This document shows, piece after piece, positions 8,351-17,889 of a DNA stretch of 30,192 nt. Position 1 is the stretch's first letter. Every line of letters starts with the position of its first letter. The notes beneath the pieces were generated by a model. That model saw only the letters and a program-made list of their open reading frames with translations. It had not been told where the DNA came from and made no database searches. A program made the position numbers and the translations under genes. Source of the stretch: a virus (Duplodnaviria > Caudoviricetes); the IMG/VR virus record IMGVR_UViG_3300031886_000024, positions 1 to 30,192 of that record; one strand, written 5' to 3'.

Positions 8351-9811
8351 ATGGCAGCCATAATCACAAACAAGTTCAGAATAAATAATTCAAAGCAGTT
8401 CTATGAGTCTTTTTCGGAATCAGCAGCTGAAACATATTATTTGTTTATAGGAAGAGCACACGCTTGGGCATCAGACGCTGATGTACAAGGCAATACAATC
8501 GCAGAGGGAACAGACGCTTCGCCTCCAACACCGAATGATGATGTTTCATCAGAGTTCTATGCTTGGGACGATATGCTAGGTGCAAAAATTATAGCGTCTA
8601 CAGATGTTTCTTATTGCATACCAAGACGAAATTGGACGACAGGCACAACTTATGATATGTACGAACACAACATAAGTTCATCAAACACATCAAATAGCGG
8701 AGCTTCAAATCTTTGGGATTCAACTTTTGTTGTAATGAATAGTGCATATGCAGTATATAAATGTATTGAAAATGATGGTGCAACAGCATCAACTACCGAA
8801 CCAACTTCGACATCAAATTCAATATTTTCAACTGCTGATGGATATAAATGGAAATATATGTATTCATTAACATCTGCTGAAACTCTTAACTTTATGTCAA
8901 CAGACTTCATTCATTGTTCAACTGACTCTACTGTATCAACGGCTGCCGTTGATGGTGCATTAGATACTGCATTGATTGTTGCTGGAGGTTCAAGTTATAC
9001 TGTTAGTGGAGGAGGTGCCACAATTTCTGCAATCCCTATTCGTGGTGATGGCGCAAGTGGTGTTGCTTCAGTAACAATTAGTTCTGGCGCTGTATCGGCA
9101 GTTTCTATTACAACCGCTGGAACAGGATATACTTATGCATATATTCGTAACGCAGATATTATCGCTGCTACAAATGCTGGTGGTGCTGGTTCTGGTGCAA
9201 ATATTAATGTAATCATTCCACCAAAGGGTGGTCATGGATATAATGCATTAACAGAATTGGGCGGATACTATGTGATGATAAACAAATCATTGACTGGTGC
9301 TGAAGGCACATCTGATATTGGTGTTAACAATGACTTTAGACGAATTGGTCTTGTAAGAAACCCATACAATTATGGAACAACAACGGTTGCAAGTGCAACA
9401 ACTAGACGACAAATCTTTGCAGCTGTGTTCTCATCTGTAACAGGAACATTTACTGCTGACGAAGAAATCAATCAGGCGTCAACTGGTGCTGTTGGTAAAG
9501 TAATTGAATATGATGCAACGAACAAAATTTTATATTGGTATCAAACACGATTCCCAGATGTTGGAACTGCCTCTACTGGTATGCTTGTAGCATTTAGTGG
9601 TGCAAATGCAATCACAGGACAAAGTTCAAGTGCTTCTGCAACACCAAACACAAGTAATTCAACAACTACAAATGCTGTAGTGTTTGCTTCTGGTTATTCA
9701 ACACCGGAACTTGTTGCTGATTCAGGAGATATACTTTATGTTGAAGAAAGAAGTCCAATAACGAGGGCGTCAGACCAGACAGAAAATATTAAATTAATTA
9801 TTGAATTTTAA
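8351..9811 (+). CDS. gp8: Baseplate wedge subunit gp8
   Basis: 'MAAIITNKFRI', 'YLFIGR', 'IPRRNW', 'VYKCI', 'DGYKWKYMY' and C-terminal 'SGDILYVEERSPITRASDQTENIKLIIEF' are gp8 signatures. Confidence 0.92.
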   Translation: MAAIITNKFRINNSKQFYESFSESAAETYYLFIGRAHAWASDADVQGNTIAEGTDASPPTPNDDVSSEFYAWDDMLGAKIIASTDVSYCIPRRNWTTGTTYDMYEHNISSSNTSNSGASNLWDSTFVVMNSAYAVYKCIENDGATASTTEPTSTSNSIFSTADGYKWKYMYSLTSAETLNFMSTDFIHCSTDSTVSTAAVDGALDTALIVAGGSSYTVSGGGATISAIPIRGDGASGVASVTISSGAVSAVSITTAGTGYTYAYIRNADIIAATNAGGAGSGANINVIIPPKGGHGYNALTELGGYYVMINKSLTGAEGTSDIGVNNDFRRIGLVRNPYNYGTTTVASATTRRQIFAAVFSSVTGTFTADEEINQASTGAVGKVIEYDATNKILYWYQTRFPDVGTASTGMLVAFSGANAITGQSSSASATPNTSNSTTTNAVVFASGYSTPELVADSGDILYVEERSPITRASDQTENIKLIIEF

Positions 9812-9824
9812 ATAAAGGAATACC

Positions 9825-12800
9825 ATGGCATCTAAAACTGATTTTAATGTTAGTCCTTATTATGATGATTTTGACTCTACGGATAAGTTCCATAGAGTCA
9901 TGTATCGACCGGCTTATGCCGTTCAAGCAAGGGAACTAACAACTCAACAATCTATTATGCAAGACCAAATTGAGAAATTTGGTGACCATATGTTTAAACA
10001 CGGCGCAATGGTTGTTCCTGGTCAAATTGAACCAGACTTTCACTACAACGCTGTAAAATTAACTTCATTTAATGGAACATTATCAAACTATAACAGTAAC
10101 ACTTTAACTGGTGGTACATCTGGTGTTGTTGCTGATGTTGTAAATTATGTTGCAACAGATGGTACTGACCCCGACACTTTATTTGTAAAATATAGAAATT
10201 CTGGTACAGATAATGCTAGTAATGCATTTACTGATGGTGAAACATTAACTAGTGGCCATGCAGATGCTATGACATCCGTTTGTTCGACAACGACACAAGG
10301 CGCCGCTGTTAAAATAGAGGCCGGCACATATTACATTAATGGTTTCTTTGTTGGTGTAACTGAACAAACTTTAATATTAGACAAATACACAAACACTCCA
10401 AGTTATCGTATTGGTTTAACAATAACTGAAACTTTTGTTACTTCAACAGACGATACATCTCTACTTGATAACGCAACAGGCTCATCAAATGCAAATGCTA
10501 CTGGTGCTCATAGATTTAAAATTGACTTAACGCTTGCTAAACTCTCACTCACTTCAACTGCTGATGCTAGTTTTGTTGAATTGCTACGAGTAAACAATGG
10601 TACAGTAGTTAATAAAGTTAATACGACACAATATTCTGTTATGGAAGATACTTTAGCAAGACGAACATTTGATGAAAGTGGAGATTATGTTGTTAGAAAT
10701 TTTGATTTAGACCCAAGAGAACATTTAATAAACGGAACAAATCGTGGCATCTATGCTGCTGGTGCAACTTCTACTGATGGCAATACTGCTGCTGAAAGTA
10801 AGTTGGCGTTAGGACTATCACAAGGTAAAGCATATGTTAAAGGATACGAAATTGCAAAACACGGAACAACTTATATTGATGTAAACAAGGCAAGGGACTA
10901 TGATACTGCTAGTGGTATTGTAACTAGATTTGAACAATTGCCATATGTAAATGTTACAAATCTATATGGTACGCCAGATGTTGGATTTGTAAGTGGTGAA
11001 ACAGAGGCATTCAAATCAGTTCGATTAGTAGATACTGAACACGGAACAAGAGGAACAGTACAAGTAAATGCTGATGGTACTGTTTACGATATTGGTCGTG
11101 CAAAAACTAGAGGTATAGAATATAACGCTGGTACGGCTTCTACTGTGTTTATGTCTACATCATCTGTAACAACTAACACATACAAACACTATCTCTTTGA
11201 TACTGTTATGTTTGCTCACATCAACTGTGTGGGCGCTATGTCGGGTGCTTTAACCGCTGGCGATACATTAACTGGCGGAACTTCAGCTGCAACAGGTATT
11301 GTTGAGAGTGTTACAACAGTCGGTTCAGCAGTAATTACAGGAGCAACATCCGCTAATCCTGTTGTTGTAACTTGTTCAGGCGGTCATACATTTAAAGAAG
11401 GACAACAATTAACAATTTCTGGTGTTTCTGGTATAACAGACATTAACGCAACTTGGACTTGTAAAGACCCAACGGCAACAACATTTAAACTATTTCAGGC
11501 GGCAACTTCTGCAATTGGTGATTCGGGAACACAGCCTGCAACGGTTGATGGTTCTGGATATAGTTCTTTTTCTGGCTCTGGTGGAGTTGCAAAACATGAT
11601 GTCATAGTTCTTTCAAATGTGAAGGGAACATTTAGTGATGGAGAAACAATTACTGCGCCAACTAATTCAAGAACAGGAACAGTTCAGTATAGTGCTTACA
11701 GAGCAAAAGGATTTGTGCAAAAAGAATTTAATCAAACTAAAGGTATTTCAATGGCGGGCAGTCCAACATATACTGCTGATGTTGACTTAACTTCAACTTA
11801 TGGTTCTCAGAAAACATTAACAGGAACAATTACTGCCGCTAATGGTGCAACAGCAGTTTATGGATTTGGAACACGATTTACAAGTGAATTAAGAATTGGT
11901 GATGAAATTACTTACACAAGCGATGCTAATGCAACTCTAACCAAAATTGTAGAAAGTATTGCTTCAGACACACAATTAGAACTTACTGCCACTAGTACGG
12001 CGACAACAAAAGTAAGTTTTATTCGCAAAAGAACAAAAATTCAATCACCAACTAATGATAAATTATTATTTAAGTTACCACATAATGTAGTTAAGACATT
12101 ATTGACTGACGACAATTCTAGTGTGAGTGATACAAGCTTCAAGATAAGAAGGCAATTTGTTTCCACACTATCTAGTTCTGGTACTGCAACACTAACTGCT
12201 GGTACAAACGAGATATTTACTGCACACTCAGAAAATGACTTTACGGTTTCTGTGATGACAACAGGCGGTGGTGGCACAGGCGCTGTTGGAGATGTTGTAA
12301 CTCTTGCAAGTGCAGGCGACTTTACTCTTGGCGGTTCTCCGACAGGAAAAACTTTAGCAATAGATTTAGGAAGTGGTTGGAATGGACATAAAATTAAGAT
12401 TCTTGCTACTGTTTCTGCTTCAGTTGTTGGTGCAAAAACTAAAACCGCTGTAGAAAATGCAACAAACACGGATTACAGCACATCAGCGCTTGCGACATTA
12501 AATGAAATTAACTTGAAATTTGCTGATGTATATTCAGTTGCTAGTGTTAATATGGCCGCTGATTTTAGTACAGCCGCAACAACAAGTGATATAGATATTT
12601 CAAACAGATTTACCTTAGACACCGGACAGAGAGATAATTTCTATGATGTTGGTCGACTAGTAAGAAAGGCGGGCTCTATAGACCCAACAGGAAGATTACT
12701 AATTACATTTAGTTATTACTCTCACGGTACTGGAAACTTCTTTAGTGTTGATAGTTATTCTGGTATCGGTTATGGTGATATTCCATCATATACTTCTGAT

Positions 12801-15800
12801 GTTACAGGAGAAAAATTTGAGTTGAGAGATTGTTTAGATTTCAGGCCAAGGGTTGATAATGCTTCAACAATTGATGCTGGCGCTCAAGATAGGTCATTTG
12901 ATGGCACAGGCGCCTCAGTAATCGAAATGGCGAAAATTAATGCAGATGTTACTGCTGATTTAGAATATTATTTAAGTCGTAGAGATAAAATCTTTATGGC
13001 ATCCAATGGCGATTTCAAAGTTATTTCCGGCGCACCGGCAGTCAATCCTATTGAACCAGAAGGTATTGCAGATGCTATGTTGTTGTATAAGATGCTTGTA
13101 CCTGCATACACTTTCAAAACAAGTGATATTAAGATTCGACCTCAAGATAATAGACGCTATACAATGAGAGATATCGGTCGTATGGAGAAACGATTATCGA
13201 ATGTTGAATACTATACTCAACTATCTTTATTAGAATCAGAAGCACAGAATATGCAAATACAAGATGCTGATGGTTTTGATAGATTCAAAAATGGTATCAT
13301 AGTAGACAACTTTACAGGTCATGGAATTGCTGATGTAACTGATTCTGATTATTCGGTTTCAATGGATATGGCAAACGGAGAATTACGACCTGCGTTCCAT
13401 CAAGACAATGTAAATTTAATAGAATCTGATAGTTCGTTAGCAAATAGTACAGCAATGACTACTGCTATTAGAACTACTAACGGTTATCAAAAAACTGGTG
13501 ATTTAATTACACTACCTTATACAAGCGTTTCTTATGCAGAACAACCTTATGCAAGTACAACTGCTAATTTACAACCATTTAATGTAATTGATTATGTAGG
13601 AACAATGACACTTGACCCAGAGATGGATGAGTGGATGGCAACCGAAACTTTGCCTGAATTACAAATTGATATGCCAGGAACATTTGACACTTTAACAGAC
13701 CTTGCTGCTCAAGGAGTATTAGACTTAAATTTTGGTACTGTTTGGGGTAACTGGAACGATACTTGGTCAGGCTCGGTTGATGAAGTTAATAGGACATCAA
13801 ATATTGATGGTGGTTGGGGTTGGCGAAACAGGCGTACAACAATCACAACTGAACAGCGGGTTGGTCAACAGCGTGCTGGTATTCGTACAGGATTAATTCC
13901 AAACGCTGTACAAACAAGTTTTGGTGATAGAGTAGTAAGTGTTGCGTTTGCACCATTTATTAGAGAAAAGACTATTACATTTACTTCTATGGATATGAAA
14001 CCTTTGACAAGAGTTTATCCATTCTTTGATGGTATTGATGTTTCATCTTATGTAACTCCGACAGGTAGTACAGCCGGCGCAGCCTTGACAACGGACTCTG
14101 CTGGAACAGCAACAGGAACTTTTGCAATTCCTGATGCGGCTGATACAAGTAAACCAAAATGGAGAACAGGAAGTAGAGCATTTAGATTAACAAGTAGTTC
14201 AACAAATACTTTAACGGGAGATGTGTTTACTTCGGCCGAATCAACTTATGTGGCAAAAGGATTAATACAACAAGTTCAAGAAACTGTTGTTTCTACTAGA
14301 GAAGCTCAGGTTTCAAGAGAAGATGTATCTGAGGACCAAACCATAACAAGAACAGATGTTAATGTCGTGAATACTCAAGTGTGGAGCGGTACTCGTCCAC
14401 ACAGACATCCAAATAGGGATCCTTTAGCACAATCTTTCTTAGTTGATTCTACAAACGGTTTGTTTGTTACAAGTGTTCAATTATATTTCTCTAGTAAATC
14501 AAGTGCAACACCAGTACAAGTTCAAATAAGAACAATGGCTAATGGTTATCCAACACAAACAATTGTTCCATTTGGTCAAGTCTTTGTAGACGCCGCTGAT
14601 GTTAATACTTCAACAGACGCTTCTGAGGCAACAACATTTACATTCCCAAGTCCAGTATTCTTAAAAGAAAATACTGAATATTGTTTTGTCGCAAAATCGA
14701 ATGACGACACATACACTATATACACAGCGAAGATGGGACAAAGAACACTAGATGGTGATAGATTAATTTCTAAACAACCATATTTTGGCGGAATGTTTAA
14801 ATCACAAAATGGTAGTACATGGACGGCAGAACAAAACGAAGATATTAAATTTATTCTTAACCGTGCTTCGTTTACAGAAGCAACGACTGGTACTGTATAT
14901 CTTGTAAATGATGACATTCCTGTTAAGACTTTAAAACAGAATCCACTTACAACAACTTCAGGTTCAGCTGTCGTTACTGTTGCTCATCCAAATCATGGTA
15001 TGCATAGTACATCAGCAAATGTTACAATTGCCGGTGTTCCTTCGGGTTCGCACAATGGTATTGCACATACAAACCTTAATGGTACATATACAACAATTGG
15101 AAATATTAAATTAGATTCTTATACTATTACTGCACAGAATTCTGATACTGCTGATGCAACTGGAGAATGTGCAGGTCTTAGTACTGTAACTGCAACTAGA
15201 AATGTTTTATTTGATGTTCTTCAACCGTGTGTTGGTGCAATACAACCGCCTAATACAACAATATCTTCAACAATAAGAACCACAGGTGGTAGAACACTTG
15301 AGGCAAGTGAAACAGAATATAGTTTGGATGCGGTTGCAAAACAGAAAACAATTAACTTCAATGAAGATTATTATATGACTGCTCCTGGTATGGTCGCTAG
15401 TCCAATTAACGAAACAAATGAAATGTCTAGTAGCAAGTCATTTAGTATGTCGATTGCTATGTCAACACCAGCAGATAATAATAATATTTCACCAGTTATT
15501 GATACGGCAAGATTGAGTTTATTCTTGATACAAAACAGATTGAATAATCCAATATCAGGAACCACACCAAACTTTACTGCTGAAACAACAAACACAGGCG
15601 GTAGTGCTTCTGCAAAATATATGACCAGACCTGTTATATTGACAAATGATGCTACAGCCCTTGATATTCGAGTTTCCGCTAATGTTCGTTCAACAAGTGC
15701 AATTAAAATGTATTATCGTAACACTAGTGCTGAGGACGCAAGAAAGTTAGGCGATGTTGTTTGGACAGCATTTAATTCTGATGGTACTCCTGATACGACT

Positions 15801-15962
15801 GTTGACCCATCAAAAGATAATGTTACATTTAAAGAACATCAATTTAGTGCGAGTTCTTTGCCTGAATTTACTGCATTTCAATTGAAAGTAGTACTGACTG
15901 GAACAAATAGTTCATATCCGCCAATCTTGAGAGATATGAGGGGAATTGCTCTGGCAGTTTAA
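9825..15962 (+). CDS. vrlC: VrlC-like / DUF4815 large virion structural protein
   Basis: 'FNVSPYYDDFD...RPAYAVQARELT', 'LARRTFDESGDY', 'NRRYTMRDIG...EYYT.LSLLE', 'RFKNG..VDNF' and 'DPLAQSF' characterise the protein that follows gp8 in marine T4-like phages. Confidence 0.85.
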   Translation: MASKTDFNVSPYYDDFDSTDKFHRVMYRPAYAVQARELTTQQSIMQDQIEKFGDHMFKHGAMVVPGQIEPDFHYNAVKLTSFNGTLSNYNSNTLTGGTSGVVADVVNYVATDGTDPDTLFVKYRNSGTDNASNAFTDGETLTSGHADAMTSVCSTTTQGAAVKIEAGTYYINGFFVGVTEQTLILDKYTNTPSYRIGLTITETFVTSTDDTSLLDNATGSSNANATGAHRFKIDLTLAKLSLTSTADASFVELLRVNNGTVVNKVNTTQYSVMEDTLARRTFDESGDYVVRNFDLDPREHLINGTNRGIYAAGATSTDGNTAAESKLALGLSQGKAYVKGYEIAKHGTTYIDVNKARDYDTASGIVTRFEQLPYVNVTNLYGTPDVGFVSGETEAFKSVRLVDTEHGTRGTVQVNADGTVYDIGRAKTRGIEYNAGTASTVFMSTSSVTTNTYKHYLFDTVMFAHINCVGAMSGALTAGDTLTGGTSAATGIVESVTTVGSAVITGATSANPVVVTCSGGHTFKEGQQLTISGVSGITDINATWTCKDPTATTFKLFQAATSAIGDSGTQPATVDGSGYSSFSGSGGVAKHDVIVLSNVKGTFSDGETITAPTNSRTGTVQYSAYRAKGFVQKEFNQTKGISMAGSPTYTADVDLTSTYGSQKTLTGTITAANGATAVYGFGTRFTSELRIGDEITYTSDANATLTKIVESIASDTQLELTATSTATTKVSFIRKRTKIQSPTNDKLLFKLPHNVVKTLLTDDNSSVSDTSFKIRRQFVSTLSSSGTATLTAGTNEIFTAHSENDFTVSVMTTGGGGTGAVGDVVTLASAGDFTLGGSPTGKTLAIDLGSGWNGHKIKILATVSASVVGAKTKTAVENATNTDYSTSALATLNEINLKFADVYSVASVNMAADFSTAATTSDIDISNRFTLDTGQRDNFYDVGRLVRKAGSIDPTGRLLITFSYYSHGTGNFFSVDSYSGIGYGDIPSYTSDVTGEKFELRDCLDFRPRVDNASTIDAGAQDRSFDGTGASVIEMAKINADVTADLEYYLSRRDKIFMASNGDFKVISGAPAVNPIEPEGIADAMLLYKMLVPAYTFKTSDIKIRPQDNRRYTMRDIGRMEKRLSNVEYYTQLSLLESEAQNMQIQDADGFDRFKNGIIVDNFTGHGIADVTDSDYSVSMDMANGELRPAFHQDNVNLIESDSSLANSTAMTTAIRTTNGYQKTGDLITLPYTSVSYAEQPYASTTANLQPFNVIDYVGTMTLDPEMDEWMATETLPELQIDMPGTFDTLTDLAAQGVLDLNFGTVWGNWNDTWSGSVDEVNRTSNIDGGWGWRNRRTTITTEQRVGQQRAGIRTGLIPNAVQTSFGDRVVSVAFAPFIREKTITFTSMDMKPLTRVYPFFDGIDVSSYVTPTGSTAGAALTTDSAGTATGTFAIPDAADTSKPKWRTGSRAFRLTSSSTNTLTGDVFTSAESTYVAKGLIQQVQETVVSTREAQVSREDVSEDQTITRTDVNVVNTQVWSGTRPHRHPNRDPLAQSFLVDSTNGLFVTSVQLYFSSKSSATPVQVQIRTMANGYPTQTIVPFGQVFVDAADVNTSTDASEATTFTFPSPVFLKENTEYCFVAKSNDDTYTIYTAKMGQRTLDGDRLISKQPYFGGMFKSQNGSTWTAEQNEDIKFILNRASFTEATTGTVYLVNDDIPVKTLKQNPLTTTSGSAVVTVAHPNHGMHSTSANVTIAGVPSGSHNGIAHTNLNGTYTTIGNIKLDSYTITAQNSDTADATGECAGLSTVTATRNVLFDVLQPCVGAIQPPNTTISSTIRTTGGRTLEASETEYSLDAVAKQKTINFNEDYYMTAPGMVASPINETNEMSSSKSFSMSIAMSTPADNNNISPVIDTARLSLFLIQNRLNNPISGTTPNFTAETTNTGGSASAKYMTRPVILTNDATALDIRVSANVRSTSAIKMYYRNTSAEDARKLGDVVWTAFNSDGTPDTTVDPSKDNVTFKEHQFSASSLPEFTAFQLKVVLTGTNSSYPPILRDMRGIALAV

Positions 15963-15968
15963 AACATT

Positions 15969-16196
15969 ATGGTCGATTCTGCTAAAGTTGAAGGACACAC
16001 AAATTTAGTTAGAGATTTAAAATCTCAAGCAATCATCAACACAGATTCAGATGCTTATGCTCGCTATATGGCGAGAAAGAGAGTACAGAAACAGAGAAAT
16101 GATGAGTTAAGAGAAGTTATTCGTGATGTAAATGAATTGAAAATAGAAATGAAAGCAATAAAAAACGAATTAATAGAGTTGAGAAATGGCAGATAG
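15969..16196 (+). CDS. Small conserved coiled-coil protein downstream of VrlC
   Basis: 'KVEGHTNLVRD..S.AIIN' followed by a coiled coil. It overlaps the start of the next gene. Confidence 0.75.
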   Translation: MVDSAKVEGHTNLVRDLKSQAIINTDSDAYARYMARKRVQKQRNDELREVIRDVNELKIEMKAIKNELIELRNGR

Positions 16197-17844
16197 AACA
16201 GTAGCGGCAGCAGATACGCTAAATTACTTCAGACACGAATTTAACGCCACGGCATCCGATGTGGGTGATATTGCTGATATATTGAGCGCAAGTAGTTATA
16301 TTGCTTCTTCAACTGATGTTGTTGAGGCGATTGTAGCAATCAACGCTGAACTTCCTGAAATTACGACAGATGCGTTTGTTTTTCCAGCCGCAAGTATGGT
16401 TTGGGAAGGTGCGACAGATGATGCTTACGAAACAACTTTAGCATTTACAGACCCAACTGCTGACCGTACATATACTTTTCCAGACGGCGGTGGTAATGTA
16501 GTATTACCAGACACTACTGATACACTTACAAACAAAACTTTCACAAGTCCAATAATTACTGGTGGTACTTTTAGTGGTTCATTTACTGGTTCCATGAATA
16601 TTACAGGAACAGTTTTATCAGGTGCAAGTCCTTTTGTCTTTGAAGGCGCAACTGATGATGGTTATGAAACAACTTTAGCAATAGAGGACCCAACTGCTGA
16701 TAGAGTTCTTACAATGCCAAATGCCACAGATACAATGATAGGCAAAGCAACTACAGACACAATCTCAAACAAATCATTTGATTTTGGTGGTACAGGTAAT
16801 AGTATAACAGGCTCTGCATCAGAATGGAACGCCGCACTACAGAGTGATAGTTTTGCTACACCGACTGGTACAGAAACATGGACTAATAAAACTTTTACAA
16901 GTCCAGTAATCACTAATGGCACATTTAGTGGTTCATTTACTGGCACCATGGATATTACAGGAACAGTTTTATCTGGCGCAAGTCCATTAGTATTTGAAGG
17001 TGCAACTGATGATGCATATGAAACAATTTGGACATTTACAGACCCAACAGCAGATAGAACAATTACTTTTCCTAATGCCACAGATACATTAATAGGCAAG
17101 GCAACTACTGATACATTATCTAATAAAACTGTTGATTTGGGGTCAAATACTATAACCGGTTCAATGTCAGAATTTAATAGTGCATTACAAGGCGATAGTT
17201 TTATGACATTGGCTGATACACAGACATTGACTAATAAGACTTTTACTGCTCCAACAGCAACAAGTCCTGTTTTAAATACAGGCGTTTCTGGTTCGGCGGT
17301 TAAAGATGAAGATAATATGTCTTCCAATTCTGCAACAGCAATAGCGACTCAACAAAGTATTAAGGCATATATTGATGCACAAATAACTGCTCAAGATTTA
17401 GATATAACCTCTGATTCAGGCACAATTGCAATAGATTTAGATTCAGAAACATTAACCTTTACTGGTGGTACAGGAATAGGAACAAGCGCTACAAGTAATG
17501 CTTTAACAATGGCAATTGATTCTACAGTAGCGACTTTAACTGGAACTCAAACTTTAACGAATAAAACTCTAACAAGTCCGACTATTAACGCTATGACATT
17601 TTCATCAGGAACATCAACATCTGGACTTCAAATTGGTGCGAGCGGTATTGTGTTTGAGGGGTCGACTGCTGATGCATATGAAACAACTTTGAATGTAAAA
17701 AACCCAACAGTAGATAGAACAATAACAATACCAGATGCAACAATGACTGTTGTAACAACAGCAACACACGCTAGTAAGGCGAATCATATCGTTAGGATTA
17801 TTGCGTTAGGGGGCTCATCTCCTTCACAGATGAGCTCATTTTAG
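16186..17844 (+). CDS. Repeat-rich fibre/structural protein, paralog A
   Basis: Four copies of '(W/F)EG.T.D.YET.....DPT.DR', repeated 'TLTNKT' and 'DEDNM.SNSAT..ATQQSIKAY' fibre-shaft motifs. Confidence 0.8.
   Translation: MADRTVAAADTLNYFRHEFNATASDVGDIADILSASSYIASSTDVVEAIVAINAELPEITTDAFVFPAASMVWEGATDDAYETTLAFTDPTADRTYTFPDGGGNVVLPDTTDTLTNKTFTSPIITGGTFSGSFTGSMNITGTVLSGASPFVFEGATDDGYETTLAIEDPTADRVLTMPNATDTMIGKATTDTISNKSFDFGGTGNSITGSASEWNAALQSDSFATPTGTETWTNKTFTSPVITNGTFSGSFTGTMDITGTVLSGASPLVFEGATDDAYETIWTFTDPTADRTITFPNATDTLIGKATTDTLSNKTVDLGSNTITGSMSEFNSALQGDSFMTLADTQTLTNKTFTAPTATSPVLNTGVSGSAVKDEDNMSSNSATAIATQQSIKAYIDAQITAQDLDITSDSGTIAIDLDSETLTFTGGTGIGTSATSNALTMAIDSTVATLTGTQTLTNKTLTSPTINAMTFSSGTSTSGLQIGASGIVFEGSTADAYETTLNVKNPTVDRTITIPDATMTVVTTATHASKANHIVRIIALGGSSPSQMSSF
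17811..17842 (+). terminator. Candidate intrinsic terminator/stem-loop overlapping the last codons of paralog A
   Basis: GCTCATCT (17813-17820) and AGATGAGC (17828-17835) form a perfect 8-bp stem with a 7-nt loop, extendable by G-U and G-C, followed by ATTTT. Confidence 0.5.
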
Positions 17845-17876
17845 ATGTGATTATGGAGATTATATCAATTAGGATA

Positions 17877-17884
17877 GATAAATA
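17877..17884 (+). promoter_or_regulatory. Variant late promoter GATAAATA
   Basis: 7/8 match to TATAAATA, intergenic, 5 nt before the ATG at 17890. Confidence 0.5.
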
Positions 17885-17889
17885 GTATT

